The notes: generated by a model not told the origin, from the sequence alone. 33,724 nt of DNA from Methanosarcinales archaeon (GCA_030627385.1 DAOUSF010000003.1:1-33724); one strand, 5' to 3'. Positions 20,389-29,820 are shown, numbered from the stretch's first letter. Made by a program: numbers and translations.

Positions 20389-21312
20389 ATGGGTTCCCCA
20401 AAAAAGATGAAACTTATGGCTCCTGCCGAATCCATGGCTACTGCTGTTAATGTAATAGAGGCGGGTGCTGATGAGATTTATCTTGGCCTGGAGACTCCCG
20501 GACTTGTAAACCTGAACCTTTCAGGCAGGGGCAGGAGCTGCAACGCAAAAGACCAGGCCGAGTTAGCGGATATTGTAGCGTATGCCAATGACAGGGGTGT
20601 GCTTGTGGATTATACTGTCAATACCCCATTCATGGCTGATACACTTGAGGAGATGTATATCGAGCATGTGATGCGGGGGGTGGATGTCGGTGTGGATGCA
20701 CTGATCGTGGGTGAGTTCGGTGCTCTGGCATTGGTACATGAAATGGACCTTGGAATACCAATTCATGCCAGTGTGCTGCTTAATAATTTTAACAGGGGGC
20801 AGTTAGAGATGCTTAAGGACATGGGGGTAGCTAAAGTAGTCCTTCCATTCAAGATAACTATAGACGAGATACGACAGCTATCTGACCTGGGAATAGAACT
20901 GGAATTGTTCGGACAGTTCGGGTGTTCTAACATTAACGGCACCTGCCACCTGATCCATAATGCCGATGAAAGTATCAGCCTGGGGTTGCCATGCAGGGCG
21001 AATTACAGGGTGTCGGAAGACGGCAGGCTGCATAATATCCTGGATGCGGGCACGGACTGCTCGCTGTGCAGTATAGGGGATTTGACGGATGCCGGAGTAT
21101 CAGCCCTGAAGGTGGTTGGCAGGTGCATGAACCCTGAGATGATACGAACTATCATCCGGACATATCGCAGTGCTATTGATATGGTCCAGAACGGTGCGGT
21201 ACCTGGCGAGATTAAGGCATGGGTGCTGGAGGAGATACCTTTCTGGATGATGCTGTGCGACCAGGACAGATGCAAGTACTTGAAGACGCCCATAAATGAT
21301 TCATATATTTGA
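20389..21312 (+). CDS. Peptidase U32-family Fe-S protein, UbiU/TrhP-like subunit
   Basis: LMAPA, AGADEIYLG, IHASV and ALKVVGR motifs; Cys pattern C-x6-C-x15-C-x21-C. Confidence 0.88.
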   Translation: MGSPKKMKLMAPAESMATAVNVIEAGADEIYLGLETPGLVNLNLSGRGRSCNAKDQAELADIVAYANDRGVLVDYTVNTPFMADTLEEMYIEHVMRGVDVGVDALIVGEFGALALVHEMDLGIPIHASVLLNNFNRGQLEMLKDMGVAKVVLPFKITIDEIRQLSDLGIELELFGQFGCSNINGTCHLIHNADESISLGLPCRANYRVSEDGRLHNILDAGTDCSLCSIGDLTDAGVSALKVVGRCMNPEMIRTIIRTYRSAIDMVQNGAVPGEIKAWVLEEIPFWMMLCDQDRCKYLKTPINDSYI

Positions 21313-21321
21313 GGTTGACGT

Positions 21322-22200
21322 GTGATTGAGATACGGACTGCTGATGCGGCAAAGATCGGACTGGTTCTTGAGCTCTCCGGAGAGTTCGGGTTGAATGTGG
21401 GTATTGGAAGTGAGTGCTGTGTCCATAAGTTACCCAGTCCCGGGCAGGTGGATGAGATTGCTTCACAGGTGGATGACCTGGCTGTGGTCACGCCCATCAC
21501 ACCGCAGAAACATTATGACAGGGTGCTGGACTTTATCAGGGGGCTGCCGCGTGGTGTAAGGCTGGTTGTCAATGATGTGGGTGTGCTGCACTCTTTGTAT
21601 CGGGATGGTACGCTGGATGATTTTAGTGCTGTGGTGGCAGGCCGGGGTATTGTGCATACGTCCGAGGCATGTCCGTGGGTGGACCATTTGCTGCGGGATG
21701 AATCGAAAGAAGTGAAGGATGCTTTTTTGCAGACCAATCTTAACTACAGCAGGACTTTGGGATTTTTCAGGGATATGGGTGTTACGGCTCTTGAGACCGA
21801 CCTGGAATTGAGGACGGTTGAGGCTGCGCTGAGAACGGGACTGCCTGTGGCCGGTCATGCTGAATTTATTGCCGTATCGTATGCCCGTTCCTGCCATACT
21901 GCCAGGTTCTTTGGTGAAGTGCCTCCTGGTTGTACGGGAAGGTGTAATGCTCCTATGGAACTGGAACTGGTGGATATGTTCGACCTGTCTGGCTCGCCGC
22001 CGGGGTTTGCACAGCCCAGCCCTGAGATGCTTGGGATTTTTCCTAAACTGTACTTGCTGGGTGCTACTATTTTCATGAAGAAGGATGTGCATTTTGTCCA
22101 GGGTATGGAGAGGGTAATTGTTAATGGGGATATGTATGATCCTGCAAAACTGAGGGATGTTGTGATGGCTTTTGTTGAGGGTATGGGGAAGCCGGTCTGA
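21322..22200 (+). CDS. Second U32-family protein, UbiV-like subunit
   Basis: N-terminal GSECC, VVTP, VVND and ARSC-x12-C-x3-C (UbiV-type Cys spacing); GAGG RBS and GTG start 9 nt after the first U32 gene. Confidence 0.72.
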   Translation: MIEIRTADAAKIGLVLELSGEFGLNVGIGSECCVHKLPSPGQVDEIASQVDDLAVVTPITPQKHYDRVLDFIRGLPRGVRLVVNDVGVLHSLYRDGTLDDFSAVVAGRGIVHTSEACPWVDHLLRDESKEVKDAFLQTNLNYSRTLGFFRDMGVTALETDLELRTVEAALRTGLPVAGHAEFIAVSYARSCHTARFFGEVPPGCTGRCNAPMELELVDMFDLSGSPPGFAQPSPEMLGIFPKLYLLGATIFMKKDVHFVQGMERVIVNGDMYDPAKLRDVVMAFVEGMGKPV

Positions 22201-22358
22201 CCATGCCGAAGTGCTTTAAGCCGGCGTCATTGTAAACTCTGGAAATATTTCATTTGTTATTGGCAATAAGATTACCTGCGGACTCACTGGAGCTAAAGGA
22301 ATAATCATTTATCATTATTTTTTCGATAATATTAAGCATGAACATTAGAATTGTCTGA

Positions 22359-22424
22359 TAGCGCCTTGGAGTTAGTATGTGAATATCCCCTCAGATATAT
22401 CAAATGAATTATTTCAAGGCGCTA
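22359..22424. mobile_element. MITE-like element 1 (TA|GCGCCTTG...CAAGGCGC|TA)
   Basis: Perfect 10-bp inverted repeat at 22359-22368 / 22415-22424 including terminal TA, with an AT-rich noncoding core. Confidence 0.45.
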
Positions 22425-22463
22425 CAAATGTAAAATAAAACGGCATATTATATTCAGGACTAG

Positions 22464-22541
22464 TGTCAAGTCAACCCTATAATGTATCCAAATACGCTAT
22501 CAATACACCTTACAATCGGACACTTTGATGTTGACTTGACA
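22464..22541. mobile_element. MITE-like element 2 with 12-bp terminal inverted repeats TGTCAAGTCAAC
   Basis: TGTCAAGTCAAC (22464-22475) / GTTGACTTGACA (22530-22541), flanked by CTAG and CCAG; 16 of 17 positions pair over 22459-22546. Confidence 0.65.
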
Positions 22542-22607
22542 CCAGTTACATCTTGTCAGGGGTATACCGAGACTGCAAGATGGCAAATTCAGGCCCGGAT
22601 AAGGTGA

Positions 22608-23876
22608 TTAAAATTTACAATCACTCCTCCCATCCATCAAAAACTTATACCCCTTCACCACCTCTATCACCTTTCCCTCCACCTCCAGCCGCTCCTCTCT
22701 GTCAGGCGTAACAATATACCCCTTATCCACACCGAACTTCTCCATAAAAGTAACCAGACCCTTCGTCTCAATCTTCCCTGCCTTTATCTCCACAGGAACC
22801 ACCTTCTCATCAGCAATAACCACATCAACCTCATGTTTATACGAATCCCTCCAGAAAAACTCAGCCCCCAACTGGTTTACCATCAACCATTCAAAAACCC
22901 TTGACCTTGACAGCACGTCTATCTCAAACACCACATCAAGCAGCAGTGTAGAATAATACTTCTTCAACTTCCTTTCAGTCTTCCTCCTGTTAGTAGAGAA
23001 ATTGTATAGCTTCTTCACTAAAAATGATTCCTGGAGATACATCAAATAATTGGAAACTGTCTGCCTTGAAACATTGAGTTCCTTGCCCAGGTCAGAAATA
23101 TCAACAAGCTGCCCGGGCCTGTCAATAATAATCTTCAGCAGCGAATCCAGCACACCCACATCCCTGACCTTGAACAACTGTGAGATATCCCTGTAAACGA
23201 TCTTTTCGATAATGCTTTCCCTGATGTACTTCAAAATAATCTCCCGGTCCCCGATTCCCACAAGTTCAGGAAATCCCTGGGTTTGTATGAACTGCTGGAA
23301 TAATCCTGCCAGTTCCCTTTCATATAATTCAACCGGCTGGAACTCCGTCTCGTTAAATCTCAGGAATTCATTAAAAGAGAGCGTATCAACTTTAAATTCA
23401 AAAATCCTGCCAGATAATGTTTCGTTTGACTCTTTTCTCAAAAACAGCGACTCTGAGCCCGAAAGGATTATTTTCACACGCTTGCCGTAAATGTCATAAA
23501 TCCTTTTTATCTGGTCTTCCCAGTTCGTAAGCTTCTGAATTTCATCCAGCAGCAACAGATACCTGCCTTCCTTAACATTCTTCTTCATCAGTTCTTCATA
23601 TTCTACTAATACCTCACTGACCTGTGCATCCCTGAAGTCATCGAATGAAAAGTAAATAACATTATTGGGGTCCCACCCACTGTCGATAAAGTCTGAGGCA
23701 ATCTTGAACATCAATGTGGTCTTACCCACTCTCCTAAGTCCGGTAAATGCAATGATCTGGGGAAGTGGTAAAAATTTGGATACCTGATCAAAAATATCCC
23801 TCTCATGATATTCCAGTTCAAATTCTCCCCTCCACCATTCATTGGAGTCCAGAAGCACCTTTCTAATGTTTGCCAT
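22608..23876 (-). CDS. AAA+ ATPase of the COG1373 type (AAA_14 + wHTH + DUF4143)
   Basis: GLRRVGKT, LLDEIQ, SGS, LSGR and GFPE motifs; C-terminal EVD...VEIK PD-(D/E)xK-like motif. Confidence 0.9.
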   Translation of the reverse strand: MANIRKVLLDSNEWWRGEFELEYHERDIFDQVSKFLPLPQIIAFTGLRRVGKTTLMFKIASDFIDSGWDPNNVIYFSFDDFRDAQVSEVLVEYEELMKKNVKEGRYLLLLDEIQKLTNWEDQIKRIYDIYGKRVKIILSGSESLFLRKESNETLSGRIFEFKVDTLSFNEFLRFNETEFQPVELYERELAGLFQQFIQTQGFPELVGIGDREIILKYIRESIIEKIVYRDISQLFKVRDVGVLDSLLKIIIDRPGQLVDISDLGKELNVSRQTVSNYLMYLQESFLVKKLYNFSTNRRKTERKLKKYYSTLLLDVVFEIDVLSRSRVFEWLMVNQLGAEFFWRDSYKHEVDVVIADEKVVPVEIKAGKIETKGLVTFMEKFGVDKGYIVTPDREERLEVEGKVIEVVKGYKFLMDGRSDCKF

Positions 23877-23917
23877 ATATACTTAACCCAGATTCGATTC
23901 TACGTTAAGTATAAGCA

Positions 23918-25828
23918 TCATATAATAGATACATCTTTGGTATTCAAATACCTCACTACCGGGCACGCCTTCAAACACAACCCGCAGTGATTGCATTTCT
24001 CATTCACCACAGCCCGTCCATTCTTCACCTTAACGGCCCGCACCTCGCATTTTGCCACACACAGCCCGCAGCCCGTACACTCCAGCGAGCGCCGGATCGA
24101 AGATTCTGCCCCACTCATCAACCGCCTGGCTCCGGAGTCAGTATCGCTCCTGGCAGTCACAGTGCCAGATGCGAACACCTGCACATTATCCTCGCCACTA
24201 CCGGACGTGATCACACCGTCCATGGAATGCACCTCACCCAGCACCCTCATCATACCCGAATCCTCGATAGCCTCAAGGTTCAATGGCACACCGAAACTAC
24301 CCTCTGCCGAAACCCCGCCAGCTTTACACGGCCTGTACCCTAAAACCATTGAGAATTCCATTTCACCCTCGAACTCTTCAGGCACCAGGTTGATGCCCAG
24401 CCTTTCTGCCATCTCTCGCTGCACCTTCGGAGGATTTTGCCAGCGCCACAGCCCATAATCCACCCAGCCCCGGCCATAGCCGAACTTCTCTGCATGGGAG
24501 CGCAGCTTTTCTTCGAACCTGGCCCACATCTCAGGATGAATATCCCTTATACGCGACATCTCAGCCATACTCCCTGACGGGCACAGCCAGCATCCGATGC
24601 GGTCGAAACCCTGTTCATACAACTGATTGTACGGCGCCCCTTTCCAGAACAAATACAGCCAGATATGCAGCGCAGTCCAGTTCTGGATTGGCGAGGCCGC
24701 TATCTGGTTACCGATCCAGGGATTCTTCCAGATCTTATCACTCCTGGCGCGCCCCTCGCTCTCGTACTTGCGCTGGCCGATAAATGTCAGGCAGCCCCCT
24801 GGAAAGTTCTCTTCAATGAGCATGGAGATGGGGCCCAGTTTACAGGTCTTGCAGCACCACCTCGCCTCAACCGTGGGTGGTCCGAAAGCATCGATGGAGT
24901 CCCAGAACACGTCCCCTGCATGATAAGTTTTAACATTCAGGCCGTAGTGCCTGCCAACCTCTTTTACATTTTCCAGGGTCTCAGGGAACTCAAGTCCGGT
25001 ATCGGCGAACAGTACATCGAACCCGTCCTGGCAGTCCATGACCAGTAGTAAGGTGGCCAGGCTGTCCTTGCCCCCCGAGTATGATACACTAACCGGCCGG
25101 TTTGTGGATCTTGAAACGTTCCTGATAAAATTGTGCGCCTTTGCCTCGAAATCCTCCAGGATATTAAGATTTGCAGTAACTACCTCATCCCATGAGTGGG
25201 GAACGGATTCTGTAACTGTTTCAACTATCCCGCTCCATCTGGTCTTGACAGCCACGCCCCTTGTGGCTTCCACCATTTCCACGCCGTTCATCTTAGCCCT
25301 GCCCGCAGACACGGGTATGCCGTCAGGCGATACCACCACTACTTCAACGCCAGGGATAATCCCGGGGTCGGCATCGATGACACCGGGTGCCAGCGTGCTG
25401 GCACCTTTTTGTATGAACGGTACTGCAGATTCGTCAATCACCACCCAGTTACGGCGGCCATCCATTTCATTGAATATCCGGGCTGCTCCGTCCATCCTTG
25501 GCAGCAGTACCCACTTACCTGACTCCACATCGAACCTGATATTGGCAAGGGCCACGCCACTGGCTATGATCTCTTCCATCCTGTCATCAGATGGCACTTT
25601 GTTCATGATGGCAATAGTCCCGTCAGGTATCATAGGACTACCGAACTGCGCTGTAGCAGTGGCATTGATATGGTCAATATCATGCTGGAATGCAGGCCTG
25701 ATATCACCGGGCGGTGTAACCTTGACCTTGCCGGCAGGTGAGCCGCATGCACATGTGGGCTCCAGTACCGGCAGATCGCATTGGGGGCACCAGTGCAGCA
25801 CCATCTTTCCCAGATATACCTTTGTCAT
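23918..25828 (-). CDS. Phosphoadenosine phosphosulfate reductase-family protein with N-terminal Zn ribbon, PUA domain and C-terminal 2[4Fe-4S] ferredoxin domain
   Basis: PP-loop SYSGGKDS, DTGLEFPET, WCCKTCK and RIGCWLC; PUA segment GASTLAPGVIDAD; C-terminal CTGCGLCVAKC and CNHCGLCLKACP. Confidence 0.88.
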   Translation of the reverse strand: MTKVYLGKMVLHWCPQCDLPVLEPTCACGSPAGKVKVTPPGDIRPAFQHDIDHINATATAQFGSPMIPDGTIAIMNKVPSDDRMEEIIASGVALANIRFDVESGKWVLLPRMDGAARIFNEMDGRRNWVVIDESAVPFIQKGASTLAPGVIDADPGIIPGVEVVVVSPDGIPVSAGRAKMNGVEMVEATRGVAVKTRWSGIVETVTESVPHSWDEVVTANLNILEDFEAKAHNFIRNVSRSTNRPVSVSYSGGKDSLATLLLVMDCQDGFDVLFADTGLEFPETLENVKEVGRHYGLNVKTYHAGDVFWDSIDAFGPPTVEARWCCKTCKLGPISMLIEENFPGGCLTFIGQRKYESEGRARSDKIWKNPWIGNQIAASPIQNWTALHIWLYLFWKGAPYNQLYEQGFDRIGCWLCPSGSMAEMSRIRDIHPEMWARFEEKLRSHAEKFGYGRGWVDYGLWRWQNPPKVQREMAERLGINLVPEEFEGEMEFSMVLGYRPCKAGGVSAEGSFGVPLNLEAIEDSGMMRVLGEVHSMDGVITSGSGEDNVQVFASGTVTARSDTDSGARRLMSGAESSIRRSLECTGCGLCVAKCEVRAVKVKNGRAVVNEKCNHCGLCLKACPVVRYLNTKDVSII

Positions 25829-25962
25829 GGGCCATCATATGATAGAGAAGTATAGAAATATTGTGCCGGTTGCCAGTAAAAACATATTTAATAAAGGGAA
25901 TGGCATATACTATTTGAATAAAAATCATTGTTAATATTTTATGATTGGGAGTCTTGTGTTAA

Positions 25963-26280
25963 ATGATTGCTCAGGAACAGATTGAATCAGTTGTTCAGGT
26001 CATAGTTGAAGGTTATGAGCCCATGAAGATAATTCTGTTAGGGTCATATGCATACGGGCATCCAACGAAGGATAGTGATTTAGATCTATTAATCATAAAA
26101 GATGGTGAAACTTCTGGAATACAGAGAAATCGGTGTGTTAGAAATATTCTCAAGGATTTTTCAATTCTAATAGATGTTATTGTCAAAAGCAGTCAAGAAT
26201 TCGATATGTTAAAAGATGTTATCGGCACAGTGATCTATCCTGCAAATAAATATGGGAAAGTTGTCTATGAACAAAAATGA
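25963..26280 (+). CDS. Minimal nucleotidyltransferase (MNT antitoxin)
   Basis: GSYAYG...DSDLDLL motif, 105 aa, overlapping a HEPN start. Confidence 0.88.
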   Translation: MIAQEQIESVVQVIVEGYEPMKIILLGSYAYGHPTKDSDLDLLIIKDGETSGIQRNRCVRNILKDFSILIDVIVKSSQEFDMLKDVIGTVIYPANKYGKVVYEQK

Positions 26281-26418
26281 GATTATAGATGACCTGATCA
26301 TAAAATGGGTAAATATTGCTGATAGGGATTTGATGGCAGCAGAGCAGGGGCTTAAGGTGTATCCTGTTCTTACGGAAATTGTATGTTTCCATTGTCAATA
26401 GGCGGCAGATAATATACT
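26267..26418 (+). pseudogene. Truncated HEPN-domain protein (partner of MNT)
   Basis: Reads MNKNEIIDDLIIKWVNIADRDLMAAEQGLKVYPVLTEIVCFHCQ*AA. The HEPN CFHCQQAAEK motif is broken by TAG (26399-26401) and the C-terminal part is absent. Confidence 0.8.
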
Positions 26419-26475
26419 GATATTGGATTATACTGATATGAACTGATATGGACTGGTCAATTCCCAGGCAGGGAC

Positions 26476-27342
26476 ATGAAATATAAACAAATAATCAAAG
26501 TGCTGGCCTTCGCACTATCAATGAACCTGGTGGTAGCATTTGCAAAGCTGGTATATGGCCACCTGACCGGATCCATCAGCATGAAGGCCGACGGTTTCCA
26601 TTCCTTGATGGACGGTGCATCGACCACAGTAGGAATGCTGGGTATCTGGGTGGCTTCCCGCCCGCCTGATGAATCCCATCCTTACGGACACCGCAAACAT
26701 GAGCAGTTCGCCTCGCTGTTCATAGCCGGCCTGCTGCTCATAACAGGGTTCGAAGTGGCCAGGGGTGCCATTCAAACCATATATGAACCTTCTATCCCCA
26801 GGGTCACATCATTGAGTTTTGCAATCATGCTGGGTACCATGGCCGTTAACCTTTTCATCACCAAACTTGAAAGCAAAAAGGGCAGGGAATATAATAGCCA
26901 GATACTTATCGCCGATTCCCTCCACACCAGGAGTGATATCTTCGTATCCATTGGCGTGATATTAAGTCTGGTAGCAGTTAAGGCAGGTTACCCAATAATC
27001 GATGTAGTTGCAGGTATCGTGATCGCAATGATTATTACAAAAGCCGGGCTGGACGTGGTGAGGGAAGTATCCTTCACACTGCTGGACGCATCGGTCCTGG
27101 ATACTGATATGCTGTGTGAGATTGCACTGGAAATAGAGGGGGTAGAAGACTGCCACAATATCAGGACCAGGGGTACGGCCGATAATGTCTATGTGGACCT
27201 GCACGTGCAAGTAAATGAAGATATGCACATTGATGAGGCGCACTGCATCGCCCATGCGGTGGAGAACCGCATCAAGGAGAGGGTGGAAGGTGTGAAGGAT
27301 GTGATGGTGCATCTTGAGCCTGGTGGTAAGTCAACTCTATAA
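26476..27342 (+). CDS. Cation diffusion facilitator (FieF-like) metal efflux transporter
   Basis: ADGFHSLMD, PPDESHPYGH and ADSLHTRSD motifs; C-terminal VDLH...AH...VHLEP domain. Confidence 0.93.
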   Translation: MKYKQIIKVLAFALSMNLVVAFAKLVYGHLTGSISMKADGFHSLMDGASTTVGMLGIWVASRPPDESHPYGHRKHEQFASLFIAGLLLITGFEVARGAIQTIYEPSIPRVTSLSFAIMLGTMAVNLFITKLESKKGREYNSQILIADSLHTRSDIFVSIGVILSLVAVKAGYPIIDVVAGIVIAMIITKAGLDVVREVSFTLLDASVLDTDMLCEIALEIEGVEDCHNIRTRGTADNVYVDLHVQVNEDMHIDEAHCIAHAVENRIKERVEGVKDVMVHLEPGGKSTL

Positions 27343-27469
27343 TTTCGAGTCGTGTGAGTGAGTTGTTGACAATATCTGAAAAGAAACCGATACAATAGAA
27401 ATCTTTTAGTGGTATTGACAACCGGGCCATTAGTATGCAATTTCCTATACGTTCAAAAACAACTTCATT

Positions 27470-28432
27470 TTATACAAAAGTCAGCGGATGATAATCCATT
27501 TTCTTCCCGCAAGAGGGGCACTCCACATAACCTATGTGGGGAATTACAGATATCTCTTTGGAACAACCTGTGCAATGGATCAAATCCTTTATCCCAAAGC
27601 GCACCTCCAATACAACCAATATCCTGTGCAATATCCTGAAAATAACTTCCCTGTACTTGACAGCAAAATAATAACTAACTATTGCCAGTACCGCCCCGGC
27701 AACCAGGTCGGTGATCCAGTGTATACCCAGGTACACAGTAGAAAACAGGATAGCAGCAGTGGATACCGCAACAAACACTTTGTAGCGATCAAGATTCGTC
27801 CTGAACACCACTACCATAAGGGCCATTATCGACAGTGCGGCATGCAGGCTGGGAAAATCATTGTCCAGGAAAGGGTCCACCACCCTCACACCCTGGTCGA
27901 TGATCGGACTTAAGTCATACAGCAGAGGTACAACATTAGGCAGGGCGTATCCGGTAACCGTAACCGGTACAAAAATATAGAACGGGAATGCCGTCAGGTA
28001 GATGATGATAAAAGCTATAGTAAACTCTTCAAGAGCATGAAGATTGCGGGTATATATCAATATCACAAATGTAAAAATCATCAGGAATGAAAAAATAATC
28101 AGGTAAATGAACCCGTTGAGGTATGTCAGCATGGGCATGGCAAAACCCTGGAAATAACTTACAAGGTCACCTTCTATCATTAATAGATATCCGGTATAAT
28201 CAGCATTCACCTCCAACCCAAGCATATTGACAATGGACGACTGGGACTGCACAAGCATATAGACAAGAATAGCAGATACCAAAAACGGCCAGAACCCTAT
28301 CAATAACCTGCGCCTGGATATACTGTGCGTCTGCTCTTTAACTTCACCAGGTATAAGGGTATAGATGCCGACCACTGTCATCAATGCAAGAAGGGGCAGC
28401 ATAATTATTGTCATTAAGTATGTTGAAGTCAT
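27470..28432 (-). CDS. PAP2-superfamily membrane protein (inositol-phosphorylceramide-synthase-like) with C-terminal Zn ribbon
   Basis: FPSLH and TVYLGIHWITD motifs, several TM helices, terminal CTGC...CPSC. ATG 28432 avoids overlap with purA. Confidence 0.82.
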   Translation of the reverse strand: MTSTYLMTIIMLPLLALMTVVGIYTLIPGEVKEQTHSISRRRLLIGFWPFLVSAILVYMLVQSQSSIVNMLGLEVNADYTGYLLMIEGDLVSYFQGFAMPMLTYLNGFIYLIIFSFLMIFTFVILIYTRNLHALEEFTIAFIIIYLTAFPFYIFVPVTVTGYALPNVVPLLYDLSPIIDQGVRVVDPFLDNDFPSLHAALSIMALMVVVFRTNLDRYKVFVAVSTAAILFSTVYLGIHWITDLVAGAVLAIVSYYFAVKYREVIFRILHRILVVLEVRFGIKDLIHCTGCSKEISVIPHIGYVECPSCGKKMDYHPLTFV

Positions 28433-28535
28433 TCCACTAACCTTGAGTGGAGTATAATAAATCCAAAAAATATAAAGGTTTATGTGAGATTCCAACAAAA
28501 TCTTATTATTCAATAATCTCATTCTACGTGGTACT

Positions 28536-29807
28536 ATGTTCACGATTATTACAGGCACCCAGTTCGGTGATGAAGGAAAAGGAAAGATTGTTGACCTGAT
28601 GGCCAGGGAATATGACCTTATCGTCCGTTTCCAGGGAGGCGATAATGCAGGTCATACCGTTGTTGTTAACGGTAAGAAATACAAACTGCATCTCACTCCT
28701 TCCGGTGTGTTGTTCGATGCCAGGTTACTTATCGGTCCAGGTACTGTGCTGAATCCACAGACCCTTGCAAAGGAACTTGACACTCTCGCCGATGACGGCA
28801 CATTTGTGGATGAAAAAAAGCTTGGAATAGATGCCAAGACAAGCATCATTATGCCGTACCATGTGGAACTGGACGGCCTGGGGGAGTCAGCACGAAGCGT
28901 GAAGATAGGGACAACTAAAAGGGGCATCGGCTATGCATATATCGACAAAGTGACCAGGGATGAAGTACAGATGTCAGACCTGGCAGATGAAGAACGGCTG
29001 CGTAGACGCCTGGAAGAGCTTACTCCGATCAAAACTGCCCAGATACGGAGCATGGGCGGCGACCCATCTATAATGGAAGATGAGACCTGGATCAGGACAT
29101 ATATTGAACTGGGGCGCAGGTTCGCTCCCTTTATTGCTGATGTATCCCATGAAGTGAACACTGCTCTTGACCAGGGTAAGAAGGTACTGGCAGAAGGTGC
29201 ACAGGGAGCACACCTTGACGTGATCCACGGTACCCAGAAATTCGTGACATCTTCATCATGCATCGCAGGTTCGGCCTGTGCAAACCTGGGCGTGGGACCC
29301 ACCAGGGTGGACGAAGTGGTGGGAATATTGAAAGCTTATATTACCCGTGTGGGCGAAGGACCGCTGCCTACCGAACTTAAGGACAGTACAGGAGATCTTT
29401 TAAGGGAGGCGGGCGGCGAGTTCGGCACTACAACCGGCAGACCCAGACGTTGTGGTTGGTTCGACCTGCCCCTTGTAAAGAAATCAGTGGCATTGAACGG
29501 CTATACTCAGATAGCCCTGACCAAACTGGATGTACTGTCAGACATGCATCCTCTTAAGGTGTGTGTGGCATATGAACTGGATGGTGCAAGACTGGATTAC
29601 CCGCCAGAGTCCACCGCAGACCTTGCCAGGTGTGTACCGGTTCTCGAAGACCTGCCTGGCTGGGATGGGGACCTTACCGGTATTCGCAGTATGGATGCCC
29701 TGCCGGATGGTGCAATTGTATATTTATCCAGACTTGAGTCGCTTGTAGGTGTTCCTTTTAAATATATATCGGTCGGGCCCGGACGGGAACAAACATTTAT
29801 GAAATAA
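28536..29807 (+). CDS. purA: Adenylosuccinate synthetase
   Basis: QFGDEGKGK, GGDNAGHT, IGTTKRGIG, EFGTTTGRPRRCGWFD and TKLD motifs. Confidence 0.98.
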   Translation: MFTIITGTQFGDEGKGKIVDLMAREYDLIVRFQGGDNAGHTVVVNGKKYKLHLTPSGVLFDARLLIGPGTVLNPQTLAKELDTLADDGTFVDEKKLGIDAKTSIIMPYHVELDGLGESARSVKIGTTKRGIGYAYIDKVTRDEVQMSDLADEERLRRRLEELTPIKTAQIRSMGGDPSIMEDETWIRTYIELGRRFAPFIADVSHEVNTALDQGKKVLAEGAQGAHLDVIHGTQKFVTSSSCIAGSACANLGVGPTRVDEVVGILKAYITRVGEGPLPTELKDSTGDLLREAGGEFGTTTGRPRRCGWFDLPLVKKSVALNGYTQIALTKLDVLSDMHPLKVCVAYELDGARLDYPPESTADLARCVPVLEDLPGWDGDLTGIRSMDALPDGAIVYLSRLESLVGVPFKYISVGPGREQTFMK

Positions 29808-29820
29808 CTGATAATTAATA

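Noticed and set aside
26399-26401. In-frame TAG as a pyrrolysine codon
   Set aside because: It sits at a conserved Gln (one-base change), and read-through ends 15 codons later without restoring the HEPN domain.
18268-28558. Longest-ORF starts at 18268, 19495 and 28558 (likewise 1212 and 2085)
   Set aside because: RBS positions, family N-termini and overlap with neighbours favour the downstream starts reported.
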